DNA of 64,000 bases from Dehalococcoidia bacterium (GCA_965261605.1 OZ253466.1:2401210-2465209), one strand, 5' to 3'. Counted from the first letter of the stretch, positions 52,877 to 62,409 are shown. Program-made: numbers and translations. The notes: a model not told the origin generated them from the letters alone.

Positions 52877-53523
52877 CTAATCTGTATGACCGTATAGTGC
52901 GTTCCACCCCAAAACATCAACATCTCTACTTTGTACAGTATCGTAGCCGTTCCAGCCCAGATGCATTATTGCATCCGTAGATAGAGAAACTGTGGGGTGG
53001 GCAAGCCCACTGCATGCCCTAGCTCATGGGCGGCAACGCTTTGCCGCAAGTCCGACGGATATCCATCATCTATGGCGTCTTCAATTTCATTAGAGTTGAG
53101 CACGACGTCTACCCAGAAGATATGACTTGCACTGGGTGTACTCGACGGAGGATTAGGGTTGACCCAGCCGAGCAAATCGCTATAGTCCACATTGAATACA
53201 AACACTTCAATGTCTCCACTACCTGACATTACTTGGCTGAAGGAGATATAGTCTTGGTTAGTAGCCGTCGTCCAGTCATATGCAGCATCATCTATTGGAT
53301 CTGTATATGATCCACCGTTCTCGTCCCAAATGTCATCACGAATCCTATAAAACAGTGTTTCTGGGTTTGCTGACCGTTCCCAGTGAATATGCCAGTAGTC
53401 ATTTGCGAGTCCGTGATTCGCGCTAGCGGTATTCGTGCTGAATAGCAAGAGGCTCGCCACTACGGCCACCATCAGCAGTAGCGGCACCGCATGTCTGACT
53501 GCTTGAGTCATTCTTCCCTCCAA
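52877..53523 (-). pseudogene. Secreted metzincin-type zinc metalloprotease interrupted by a -1 frameshift
   Basis: The ORF 52966-53523 ends ...AAHELGHAVGLPTPQFLYLRMQ*, so it lacks the third His and the Met-turn. Re-reading one nucleotide at about 52999-53003 gives HELGHAVGLAHPTVSLSTDAIMHLGWNGYDTVQSRDVDVLGWNALYGHTD*, with the stop at 52877-52879. That restores HExxHxxGxxH, a Met-turn (AIMH) and an ...LYG tail. Confidence 0.6.
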
Positions 53524-54109
53524 TCATATTTTTGTTATTGACGTGTGTTTTTCCTCGGGGTCTTGGATCAAAGCCTAGAATTCTCACATAACCTTGCCCT
53601 GCTTTCATGCGATTGAAATCGCTAACATTTCACTCCCTGTAGATAAGACGATTCCAACTCAGAAAACGCTCGCGTATCTGTTTCGTGTTGCGTGCCATCT
53701 CGGGTTTCGTCAGATCCCTGCCAAGCACCGGAGTCGTGGCCTTTCGTAGCGTGTTCTATGGAGCCAGGTGTATGACACCGTCGCTCCCGGCCGTTGCCTT
53801 ACTTGCGTACGCCACTCTTGTAGTCCCTCACATGAGCAATGGATTCGATCTCTCTAAGTCGTTGGCGGGACTTTTTCGGGATGCACGTATGGCTGTAGAA
53901 TGTCACGAATAACCTGTCTTTGGTTGGGATTGGATCGATAGATGACTAATCGAACACCGGGTGATTGTCGTCGTGCAAGATTGGAGTGGAAGTGCCTACG
54001 CCGAGGTGTGCGGCTAGGGATTCCTGGGTAGCCCACCCGTGAATCCTTGACAATCTCAAGGCTGACCGCTCGATGTGCTGGGCCGGTCAGCCCCACCGGA
54101 TAAGAAGAA

Positions 54110-54394
54110 ATGGAAAAAGCTAGAATTACGCTGAGAGTTCAACCCGGGGCCCGCCGTGCGGGAGTGACGGTGAATGAGGTAGGCTCTGTTACGGTGAGGG
54201 TGACCGCCTCACCCGAAAAGGGCAAGGCCAACGACGCTGTGTTAAGTCTCCTTGCCCGTTCCCTTGGGATTCCTTTGTCGGCTTTAGAAATAGCCCAGGG
54301 GCACACTTCACGCCAAAAGACGGTGTTGGTAGAGGGGTTATCTGATGAGGAGGTCATCAGGCGCCTCCAGGCCAGTGCCGACTCAGCCCTTTAG
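54110..54394 (+). CDS. DUF167 (YggU) family protein
   Basis: 94 aa, with LRVQPGARRAGV...VRVTASPEKGKANDAVLSLLARSLGIP, which is the YggU signature. Confidence 0.8.
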   Translation: MEKARITLRVQPGARRAGVTVNEVGSVTVRVTASPEKGKANDAVLSLLARSLGIPLSALEIAQGHTSRQKTVLVEGLSDEEVIRRLQASADSAL

Positions 54395-55248
54395 GTCTTC
54401 ATCCCCAGCTCTTCCCTTATGCCCTTCAGGACGTCCACGTTGTCTTTGTCCGGGCCCTTGCCTTCCGCTCCCGGCACCTCCAGAAGGAACGGGACATCCC
54501 TGAAGGCGGCGTGTCCCATGATGACGCGGAAGCCCTCCACGCCCATGTGCCCTTCGCCGATGTTCTCGTGTCTGTCCACGCCGCCTGCAAAGGGTATCTT
54601 GCTGTCGTTGGCGTGCACGGCCACCAGGTTGTCCAACCCTATCTCCCTGTCGAACTCCTCCATCGTCCGCTCGATGCCGTCCTGGGTCACGATGTTGTAC
54701 CCCGCAGCGAAGAGGTGCTGGGTGTCAAGGCACACCTTGACCTGCGGGCTGCCTACCGCCTTCATCAGCCGGCCTATCTCCTCGAACTTGGAGCAGATGT
54801 GGTCTCCCATCCCGGCGCTGTTCTCAATTGCGAGAGAGACATTCTCCGGGGATGCTTCCAGTACCTGCGCCATCGCTCTTACGGCCTGGTCGAAGACGCC
54901 ATCGTAGCCGGCCCCGCGGTGGCTGCCGGTGTGGAAGATTACTCCCGCAGCGCCGATCTCCCCGGCTGCCTTCATGTAGTTGGTGAGCGCCCCGACGGAC
55001 TTCTGCAGGTTCTCCTCCGTGGGGCTTCCCAGGCTGACCAGGTAAATGCAGTGGAGGAATGTTGGGGCTATGTCAGCCTGGATCGCCTTCTCCTTGAACT
55101 TCTCTATAAGTGGAGAGGCAATCGGCTTGAAGGCCCATCCCTGGGGTGAAGAAATGAACATCTGGATGGCCTCTGCGCCCATCGCCTGGCCACGGTCAAT
55201 TGCTTTATCCATCCCTCCGGCGGAGGAAACGTGGGCTCCCACCTTCAT
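54391..55248 (-). CDS. nfo: Deoxyribonuclease IV (endonuclease IV)
   Basis: 285 aa. MKVGAHVSSAGGMDKAIDRGQAMGAEAIQMF... with FHTGSH and ENSAGMG motifs of the AP endonuclease 2 family. Confidence 0.92.
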   Translation of the reverse strand: MKVGAHVSSAGGMDKAIDRGQAMGAEAIQMFISSPQGWAFKPIASPLIEKFKEKAIQADIAPTFLHCIYLVSLGSPTEENLQKSVGALTNYMKAAGEIGAAGVIFHTGSHRGAGYDGVFDQAVRAMAQVLEASPENVSLAIENSAGMGDHICSKFEEIGRLMKAVGSPQVKVCLDTQHLFAAGYNIVTQDGIERTMEEFDREIGLDNLVAVHANDSKIPFAGGVDRHENIGEGHMGVEGFRVIMGHAAFRDVPFLLEVPGAEGKGPDKDNVDVLKGIREELGMKT

Positions 55249-55415
55249 GGCGCCTCCTTATGGGTCGTTAAGTTGTAGACCCATTATAGTACGACTCTGT
55301 CCGCAATCGAAGGGTATGTGAGAATGTCCAGGCGCAGCCTCTCCTCAGGGTGAGAGATATGCTATGCTGGTGGTCAGAAGACAGACCGCCACAGAAAGAC
55401 GAGGTAGATACAACT

Positions 55416-56444
55416 ATGAAAGCGCTGGTCTTGGAAGAACCCGGAGAGGCGCCTCGACTTACCATTGAGGAGAGGGAAGTCCCGCCCTTGGAAGCCAAGG
55501 ACGTGCTGGTGAAGGTGCACGCCTGCGGCCTCTGCTACCACGACGTGCTGGTTATGCAGGGAGTGCTGCGCCGCGGGGTCAAGGAGAGAGTGGTGCTGGG
55601 CCACGAGATCTCCGGCACGGTGGCACAGGTAGGCGACTCGGTGGAGGGGTTCAAGGTTGGAGACCCGGTGGCCTCCATCTTCACGGAGCCGTGCGGCTAC
55701 TGCGACCAGTGCCGTCGGGGTATGGAGCAGCGATGCGCCAACGGGCGCGGCATAGGTCACAGGATAGACGGCGGGCTGGCGGAGTTCGTGAAGCTCCATG
55801 AGAACGCCCTGGTCACCCTATCGGAGGGCACAGACCTGGACGGGGCCAGCCTATACAGTTGCCCCATCGGAGTGGCCTACAATGCAATTAAGGACGTGGC
55901 CGGGCTTCAGGCCGGGGAGCGGGCTCTTGTTACGGGGGCCGGTGGTGGGCTGGGTGTTCACTCCATTCAGATAGCCAAGGCCATAGGGGCATCGGTCTTT
56001 GCCGTCACCACCTCGCCTGAGAAGATGGACCGCCTGAGCGAGGTAGGCGCGGACGAGGTGCTTCTGGTGGATGAACTGGACTTCAGCGAGCTTGTTATGG
56101 CTATGACCGGAGACGAGGGCGTGAACGTGGTGGTGGAGAACGTGGCCGGAGTGACTTTCAACAGCTCCTTCAGAAGTCTGGCGCAGTTTGGCAGGATGGT
56201 CATTGTGGGGGCCATCGGGCCCGGTCAGTTGGCGCTGAACCCGGCTGAGATCATATTCAGAGACGCGCACATTATGGGGACCGGAGGCTCGACACGCAAG
56301 CAGTTGCGGGAGGTGGCCGACCTCGTGGAGAAGGGTCACATCCGCCCCGTAGTCTCCCAAAGCTTCTCCTTTGACGAGGCGCTGGAGGCTTACAGGGCCA
56401 TGCTGAACAAGGAGACCTTCGGGCGGGTTACCATCAAGCCGTAG
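55416..56444 (+). CDS. Zinc-binding medium-chain alcohol dehydrogenase family oxidoreductase
   Basis: ATG 55416 follows a GAGGT RBS. The product has CGLCYHDV, GHEISGTV and the structural-zinc CGYCDQCRRGMEQRC, plus the Rossmann motif GAGGGLG. Confidence 0.88.
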   Translation: MKALVLEEPGEAPRLTIEEREVPPLEAKDVLVKVHACGLCYHDVLVMQGVLRRGVKERVVLGHEISGTVAQVGDSVEGFKVGDPVASIFTEPCGYCDQCRRGMEQRCANGRGIGHRIDGGLAEFVKLHENALVTLSEGTDLDGASLYSCPIGVAYNAIKDVAGLQAGERALVTGAGGGLGVHSIQIAKAIGASVFAVTTSPEKMDRLSEVGADEVLLVDELDFSELVMAMTGDEGVNVVVENVAGVTFNSSFRSLAQFGRMVIVGAIGPGQLALNPAEIIFRDAHIMGTGGSTRKQLREVADLVEKGHIRPVVSQSFSFDEALEAYRAMLNKETFGRVTIKP

Positions 56445-56542
56445 GGAGGCCGAGTGGCTAACGATGTTGCGCGTGGCTGCGCGGGTCTCATCAGCCCCTT
56501 CCTGGCGGGCGAGTAGTCTGGGACACAGGCACGCCGGTCGAG

Positions 56543-56896
56543 CTAAAGCCGCTGCTCAACTTTCTCGACAAGAGTAGTCACTTGTGCAAGATGGAGGGCT
56601 ACAGTAGCTTGCGCCATCTTTCCCTCATAGAAGTTCTTATGTAGGCTATCTGCGCTGCTAAACAGAATAAGATAATCCTGATCGCCCGTCTCTTCAGCCA
56701 ACGTATCAACGGCCTGCTGTAGCAGGCTGTGATGCCTGTGGTTCCAACCGATTTTTTCGGCCAACGCCTTTACGATTTGAGCAGCCGCGCCCCAGCCCTT
56801 CTCGGACGCTTGGTACAAGTTCCCCTGTGTAAGGAATTCCTTGGCGCTATCAAGAAATACCCTGCTTTGCTGCCGGTATGTTTCTTGCTGTAGCAT
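56543..56896 (-). CDS. PaREP1/HEPN-like helical protein (orphan)
   Basis: 117 aa. The pattern QGNLYQASEKGWGAAAQIVKALAEK...LHKNFYEG matches my recollection of the PaREP1-type family. It lies in a lower-GC patch downstream of secF. Confidence 0.5.
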   Translation of the reverse strand: MLQQETYRQQSRVFLDSAKEFLTQGNLYQASEKGWGAAAQIVKALAEKIGWNHRHHSLLQQAVDTLAEETGDQDYLILFSSADSLHKNFYEGKMAQATVALHLAQVTTLVEKVEQRL

Positions 56897-56997
56897 ACTA
56901 CTATTCTATTTCTAATTTGAATCGCCGAATCTCTGGAGTCACTTTGCCACAGCCGTCACTCCCCCGGCTTGGTGAGGGCCGGCAAAAATACTCCCGA

Positions 56998-57942
56998 CTA
57001 CCTACCCCGGGACGGTATTGGCAGAGGCAGCCTGCGGAAGAGCTTGCCAATGTCGCCGCTCTCCCACGCCAGGAGAGCCTGGCTGGCGATCCAGATGGAG
57101 CTGTACGTCCCGACGATGATGCCTATCAGGAGCACTACAAGGAAGTCCCGGATGGTAGGCCCGCCGAATAGCAGCAGCGCCATGATAGCGAACAGAAGCG
57201 TGAGGCTGGTGTTGAAGGATCGTCCCAGTGTGTCCTGAATGCTGACGTTGATAGCGGAGCCCAGGTCCCTTCCAATGCCTCTAATGAGGTTCTCCCGTAT
57301 GCGGTCGAAGACCACAATAGTGTCGTTCACGCTGTAGCCAATGATAGTCAGGATGCCGGCGATAAACAGGGCGTCCACCTCAAAGCCGAAGATCCGCCCG
57401 AATATGGAGTAGACACCCAGCACCACTACTACGTCGTGGACAAGGGCGATGATGGCCGATATCCCGTATCTGAACGGCGACGGTAATCTTCGGAAAGCCC
57501 AGGTTATGTAGACCATGATGGCTATCGAGGCAATGAAAACGATGATGATGGCGTTGCGCACTGTCTCTGTGGCGATGCTGGGAGAAACTGAGAACAGTTC
57601 CGAGCTTTCAACACTGGATCCCAGGCCCGACTCAAGGGCGCTGACGATCTTCTCCCTCTCGGAAGCGCCACCTGCCTGAGACTCCTCCAGGAGTCTGGTG
57701 CGCACGAAGTAGCTCCTGTCGTCCAGGCGCTGGACTACGGCATCGGTGTGGCCCAGCTGGCTTAGCACGCCGCGCAGGTCCTCCTGCTCCACCCCCTCTG
57801 CAAACTCCAGGGTCATTGAGGAGCCGCCGGTGAACTCAAGTCCCGCGTTGAGGCCGCCGGGCGTCACCAGCGATGCGATGCTCACAAGAACCACTACAAA
57901 TGAGGCGAGAAAGAACCAGTGTCGCTTACCTACGAAGTCCAA
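56998..57942 (-). CDS. secF: Protein translocase subunit SecF
   Basis: 314 aa, with GLEFTGGS and DTIVVFDRIREN motifs and six TMs. Confidence 0.93.
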   Translation of the reverse strand: MDFVGKRHWFFLASFVVVLVSIASLVTPGGLNAGLEFTGGSSMTLEFAEGVEQEDLRGVLSQLGHTDAVVQRLDDRSYFVRTRLLEESQAGGASEREKIVSALESGLGSSVESSELFSVSPSIATETVRNAIIIVFIASIAIMVYITWAFRRLPSPFRYGISAIIALVHDVVVVLGVYSIFGRIFGFEVDALFIAGILTIIGYSVNDTIVVFDRIRENLIRGIGRDLGSAINVSIQDTLGRSFNTSLTLLFAIMALLLFGGPTIRDFLVVLLIGIIVGTYSSIWIASQALLAWESGDIGKLFRRLPLPIPSRGR

Positions 57943-57948
57943 AGCTGT

Positions 57949-59796
57949 TTATCTCCTGTCTCCCAGAGGCGAGCCCGTCCTGGGAGCTACGTCTATTCTA
58001 CCCACGGGCGCGTACAGAGAGAGGTACCGCCCCAGTGGTGTGATCGCCACTATCCGCAAGAGGGTGCGAGTCACGGTTAGGGCCGAGAACATGCTCATAG
58101 CCACCCCGATGAAGAGTGTGACCGCGAACCCGGTCACCAAGCCCGTGCCCAAGCGGCTGCCGAACCAGAAGAGGATGGCGCATGTAATGAAAGTGGACAC
58201 GTTACTGTCACGGATGGCGGGCCAAGCGCGGTTGAATCCCGTCTCCGTGGCCGCCATGAGGGAGCGTCCGCTTCGCAACTCCTCCTTGACACGCTCAAAG
58301 ATGAGGATGTTTGCGTCTACGGCCATTCCAAGGGACAGGATGAAGGCGGCTATTCCTCCAAGCGTCAGGGTTATGGGCCAAAGCTTGATTATAGCAATGA
58401 CCATTAACGCATAGGTTACCAGGGCGATGCACGCCACCACCCCGGGCAGCTTGTAGTAGAGGGCCATGAACAGCAGGACTAACCCCAGACCTATCAGCCC
58501 TGCGACAACGCTCTTCCTCAGGGAGTCCGCTCCCAGAGTGGCGTCCACCTCCAACTCCTGGATAAGCTCCAGTGGAACCTGAAGGCGCCCGGATTCCAAC
58601 TGAATGGAGATGGTGCGTACCCGTTCAGGAGTGAAGTCGGGGCTTTGGATGAAGGCCCGGCCACCGGAAATAACCTGGCGCGCTATGGGGTCAATGAGCA
58701 GCTCATCGTCCAGGAAGAAGGCCGTGCGATTGTTGGTGCCGGCAATATCTTGTGTGTGCCTTGCGAATATCCTGGCTCCATCGCTGCTGAACTCTATGTT
58801 CACTATAGGTCTCGCCAAGGTGGGGTGAGTGCCGGCATAGGCCCGCGCGAGGTCGTCGCCCGTAAGGTTGAGGGGAGTGTCCACGTGGTACTCGGGGTCC
58901 TCGCACCTTTGGGTGATGTCTGCGGGGTCGTTGAGGCAGGTGCGTTCCATAAGCTCCAGTCGCGCCGTCTGCCCGATGAGCCGCTTGGCCTCCTCAACCC
59001 CTCCAGTTATCACGAAAGAGAACTCCGCTACGTTGGAAGATCTCAGCGAGGGCAGTTGCAACTGTAATGATTCCAGAAGGGCATTCGCGTCAGCCGGCTC
59101 CAACGAAGGTATCTCGACGGTGAACGAAGTGTCCGACTGCCTGATAACAGCCGCGTCCTCCCGGCCCAGGGCGGAGCTAACGACTTCGACGTCCATCGGA
59201 TCTGAGAATTCAAGGGTCATGGCGACGGCGGGAAAGGCCTCTTCCAACGCCTGCTGAATCTCGTCTCGCTCTGCGATCCGGACCACGTTTCCGTCGGCGT
59301 CAATCTCACGCGGCCTGAGGGAAGGAAGCTCGATTTCATAGGTGCGGTTGTCTTCCCGCTCAATGAGAGCGTTGGAGCGTCCCAGATTGACCAAAACGGT
59401 GCGCAGCTCCTCCGTCCCCACGTTTTGATGGAAGGCGACCCTGGCCTTGGTTGTGCCCACACCCGGAAGCTGCACCAGCACCCGATCCGCGCCCATGCTC
59501 TGGATGATAGGCTCGGCGACTCCAAAGGCGTTGACGCGCCGCTCTATGGTCTGGATGACGCCTTCCATCTGGTCCGAGGTTGGCGACTCGCTGCCATCTG
59601 CGGGGAGGGCCTCGTAGACCAAGTGGCTTCCCCCTTCCAGGTCCAGACCCAGTCGCAAGCCCAGAATGCTGTCTGAGCCCCGGACGAAGTTGACGCCACC
59701 GGCTGACACTCGTATCTCCTGGATAGCAAGAGATGTCACGGCAAGGGTCACCAAGATGGCGACCAAGAGGAAACGTTTCAGGGGGAATCTTCGCAT
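57949..59796 (-). CDS. secD: Protein translocase subunit SecD
   Basis: 615 aa, with LGLDLEGGSHLVYE, a large periplasmic domain, and a C-terminal 5-TM block carrying DANILIFERVKEE. Confidence 0.92.
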   Translation of the reverse strand: MRRFPLKRFLLVAILVTLAVTSLAIQEIRVSAGGVNFVRGSDSILGLRLGLDLEGGSHLVYEALPADGSESPTSDQMEGVIQTIERRVNAFGVAEPIIQSMGADRVLVQLPGVGTTKARVAFHQNVGTEELRTVLVNLGRSNALIEREDNRTYEIELPSLRPREIDADGNVVRIAERDEIQQALEEAFPAVAMTLEFSDPMDVEVVSSALGREDAAVIRQSDTSFTVEIPSLEPADANALLESLQLQLPSLRSSNVAEFSFVITGGVEEAKRLIGQTARLELMERTCLNDPADITQRCEDPEYHVDTPLNLTGDDLARAYAGTHPTLARPIVNIEFSSDGARIFARHTQDIAGTNNRTAFFLDDELLIDPIARQVISGGRAFIQSPDFTPERVRTISIQLESGRLQVPLELIQELEVDATLGADSLRKSVVAGLIGLGLVLLFMALYYKLPGVVACIALVTYALMVIAIIKLWPITLTLGGIAAFILSLGMAVDANILIFERVKEELRSGRSLMAATETGFNRAWPAIRDSNVSTFITCAILFWFGSRLGTGLVTGFAVTLFIGVAMSMFSALTVTRTLLRIVAITPLGRYLSLYAPVGRIDVAPRTGSPLGDRR

Positions 59797-59824
59797 TAAT
59801 CTTCCTTCGCGTTAAGTCTACTAT

Positions 59825-59852
59825 ATTCTACGCAACAAAAATCAAAAGGCAA
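59825..59852 (-). promoter_or_regulatory. Sigma-70-like promoter for secDF (TTGCCT-16 nt-TAGAAT on the minus strand)
   Basis: On the minus strand, TTGCCT is at 59852-59847 and TAGAAT at 59830-59825. They are followed by GAAGGA and the secD ATG at 59796. Confidence 0.45.
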
Positions 59853-59881
59853 GGGTTTCTGCCAATCTCTCAAGACGCGGT

Positions 59882-59909
59882 GAGGCCACCTACCAAATTA
59901 GGTGGCCTC
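59882..59909 (-). terminator. 11-bp perfect stem-loop after ftsZ
   Basis: The sequence is gaggccaccta-ccaaat-taggtggcctc, 33 nt downstream of the ftsZ stop. A U-run appears only about 25 nt further on, so it is terminator-like. Confidence 0.4.
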
Positions 59910-59941
59910 AAGAATGCTCCCGTTATTTGGACGGGATGTTT

Positions 59942-61027
59942 CTAGTAGATCCTCGCCCTCCTCTTGTTGTTGTTCTGCCTTCTGAGGAATGGGGGGATCT
60001 CTAACTCAGCGTCGTCGTGGATAGCGTCCATCACGAGCTGAGAGATGTGGTCGTCGTTCTCAGGGACGCGCTCCTCTGTAGAGAAGCCGGTGGCAATAAT
60101 TGTGATCTTTACCTCGTCCTCCATTTTCAAGTCGGTGACCATACCGAAGAAGATGTTGGCGTCCGGGTCAGCGGCCTCGCGGATTACATCGGCGGCCGCC
60201 TGGACCTCCAGGAGGGACAGGTCGCTTCCCCCGGTGACGTTGTAGAGTATTCCCTTGGCGCCCTCGATTGACACGTCCAAGAGAGCGCTGCTAACGGCGG
60301 CTCTGGCGGCGTCAGCAGCCTTGTTTGCACCGGTGCCACGACCGATGGCCATCCATGCAGCCCCTGCGTTGCTCATTACCGTCTTCACGTCGGCAAAATC
60401 TAGGTTGACCTCACCAGGCACCGTCACAAGCTCTGCGATGGACTGCACTCCTTGCCGCAGCACGTCATCCGCCAAGCGGAAGGCGTTCTCCATTGTCACC
60501 GTCTCATCACATACGGCGAAAAGCCGATCGTTGGGAATGATGATCAGGGTGTCCACCTTCTCCTTCAGCTTGGCAATGCCCTCGTCGGCCAGCTTCCGGC
60601 GGCGGCTTCCTTCGAAGCTGAAGGGCTTTGTAACGACGGCTATAGTGAGGGCCTCCGCCTCTTTGGCAATTTCGGCCACCACCGGCGCTGCGCCGGTCCC
60701 GGTTCCGCCGCCCATGCCTGCCGCCACAAATACCATGTCTGAGCCCTTTATAGCCTCATACAGCTCTTCTCTGCTTTCCTCGGCGGAATCCTTGCCCTTT
60801 TCGGGGTCTCCTCCCACGCCCAGGCCTCGGGTCAGCTTTTCCCCCATGCGGATTCTCAAGGGTACTTCGGAACGCATGAGAGCCTGGGAGTCGGTGTTGA
60901 CACCAACGTACTCCACTCCCTGGACCCGCTCCTTGAACATCCGGGAGACGGCGTTGCAGCCTCCCCCGCCTACCCCCACCACCTTTATCCTGGCTATACC
61001 ATCGTTCTCATAAGACTGGCCCGCCAT
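59942..61027 (-). CDS. ftsZ: Cell division GTPase FtsZ
   Basis: The tubulin signature GGGTGTGAAPVVA is present, with an N-terminal IKVVGVGGGGCNAV. Confidence 0.97.
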   Translation of the reverse strand: MAGQSYENDGIARIKVVGVGGGGCNAVSRMFKERVQGVEYVGVNTDSQALMRSEVPLRIRMGEKLTRGLGVGGDPEKGKDSAEESREELYEAIKGSDMVFVAAGMGGGTGTGAAPVVAEIAKEAEALTIAVVTKPFSFEGSRRRKLADEGIAKLKEKVDTLIIIPNDRLFAVCDETVTMENAFRLADDVLRQGVQSIAELVTVPGEVNLDFADVKTVMSNAGAAWMAIGRGTGANKAADAARAAVSSALLDVSIEGAKGILYNVTGGSDLSLLEVQAAADVIREAADPDANIFFGMVTDLKMEDEVKITIIATGFSTEERVPENDDHISQLVMDAIHDDAELEIPPFLRRQNNNKRRARIY

Positions 61028-61042
61028 AATGCACCTCCTTTG

Positions 61043-62275
61043 CTATACCTGTGACTTACGTGAAAAAATACTTAGCCAGTGCTTTCCACGTTGGCTGCGC
61101 TTGGAGTAACCGTTGCCGTTGGCCCCGTGTTGTTGTTTTGCATCCCAAATGAGAAGGCCCAGGGCTGTAGCGAAGGAGGGGTCCTCTAGGTCGTCCGGGA
61201 CCCATGTCGACGCTGTGGGCACGCCGATCCTTACCGGCCCCGGCCAGATGTTATTTGCCAACTCTCGCAGTCCGGACAGCTTCGCCGAGCCCCCCGTCAG
61301 AACGAGTCCTCCGGGGGGAACGCCTTCCAGACCGGAGACGCTCACCTCCCTGCGGATGATACGCAGAAGCTCATCCATTCTCTCATTGATAACCTGGCAC
61401 AGATCCTGCCGTGAGACCAGACTTGCATCCTGATTCCCGAACCCTGGCAGGTTTATGTCCTCCTCAGGGTCTACTGAATCGGGGAGCGCGTGGCCGTACT
61501 GGAGCTTCGCCTCCTCGGCCGCCAGGAAGAAAGTAGTAAAGGCTATGGATATGTCACGAGTTAACTGAAAACCGCCCACGGGTATGACCTTGGTGTGCCA
61601 GATGCTGCCGTCCATGAATATGGACGCATGGGTGGTGCCTCCGCCGATGTCGGCCAGGACCACGCCCATTTCCCGCTCATCCTCGGAAAGGACGGCCTCC
61701 GCGCTGGCTAGAGGATCCATTATCAAGCCCTTGAGCTTGACCTTGGTCCTGTGGAAAGCCTCTACAAGGTTGTCTATAGCGGTGGGGTCTCCCATAACCA
61801 CGTGGCTTTCTACTCCGACAGAAGAAGCGTACATTCCAATGGGATCGCGTACGCCCCAGTTGCCGTCCACGGAGTAGTCCCTGGGTATCACGTGGAGTAT
61901 TCTGGAGTCGTTTACATTGTGATTGGCGTAGCAAGCCCGAAGCACCTGCTTCAAGTCATCAGAATCTACCGGGCTGTCGTATTTGCGGTTGCCCAGAGAG
62001 GCCCGGGAATTGACACAACTGATGTGGGAACCGGATACACCTGCGCAAACGGAAGTTACACGTATGCCGGACTGGGCCTCAGCCTCGTCCAAGGAGGCCT
62101 GGATTGACTGATTGACTTCAGCAATGTTGCTGACGGTGCCCTTCTGCATTCCTCGCGATGGCGCCTTTCCGACACCCAAGACCTGCATATCATCGGGTCT
62201 CTGGGAGCGCCCGATGAGCGTACAGACCTTTGATGTGCCTACATCTACAGCAACGTGTAGCGTTTCGTTCTTCAT
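61043..62275 (-). CDS. ftsA: Cell division protein FtsA
   Basis: It has an actin-like ATPase pattern (VAVDVGTSKV..., DIGGGTT, LTGGSAKL). 410 aa, immediately upstream of ftsZ. Confidence 0.93.
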   Translation of the reverse strand: MKNETLHVAVDVGTSKVCTLIGRSQRPDDMQVLGVGKAPSRGMQKGTVSNIAEVNQSIQASLDEAEAQSGIRVTSVCAGVSGSHISCVNSRASLGNRKYDSPVDSDDLKQVLRACYANHNVNDSRILHVIPRDYSVDGNWGVRDPIGMYASSVGVESHVVMGDPTAIDNLVEAFHRTKVKLKGLIMDPLASAEAVLSEDEREMGVVLADIGGGTTHASIFMDGSIWHTKVIPVGGFQLTRDISIAFTTFFLAAEEAKLQYGHALPDSVDPEEDINLPGFGNQDASLVSRQDLCQVINERMDELLRIIRREVSVSGLEGVPPGGLVLTGGSAKLSGLRELANNIWPGPVRIGVPTASTWVPDDLEDPSFATALGLLIWDAKQQHGANGNGYSKRSQRGKHWLSIFSRKSQV

Positions 62276-62409
62276 CTGTTATACCTCCCTTGGGTATATG
62301 GCTTCCCAAAAGAGAATCCGACTGGCGTTGGGGGTGAGGTCTCCGGGGCGAGAGGGTTTTTACCGCAAAGATTTAGCTACTTGGCGTCTGCCCCAGTTAG
62401 GCCTAGTAT

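Noticed and set aside
52990-53010. Programmed -1 ribosomal frameshift in the metzincin gene
   Set aside because: There is no X-XXY-YYZ slippery heptamer or obvious downstream pseudoknot. An indel in the C/G run (pseudogene or sequencing error) is the simpler explanation. It is kept as a finding to verify, not as recoding.
53685-54096. Track ORFs 53685-53912 (+) and 53854-54096 (-)
   Set aside because: They are short and overlap each other, with no RBS or family signal. The region looks like decayed sequence (see the finding on this gap) rather than intact genes.
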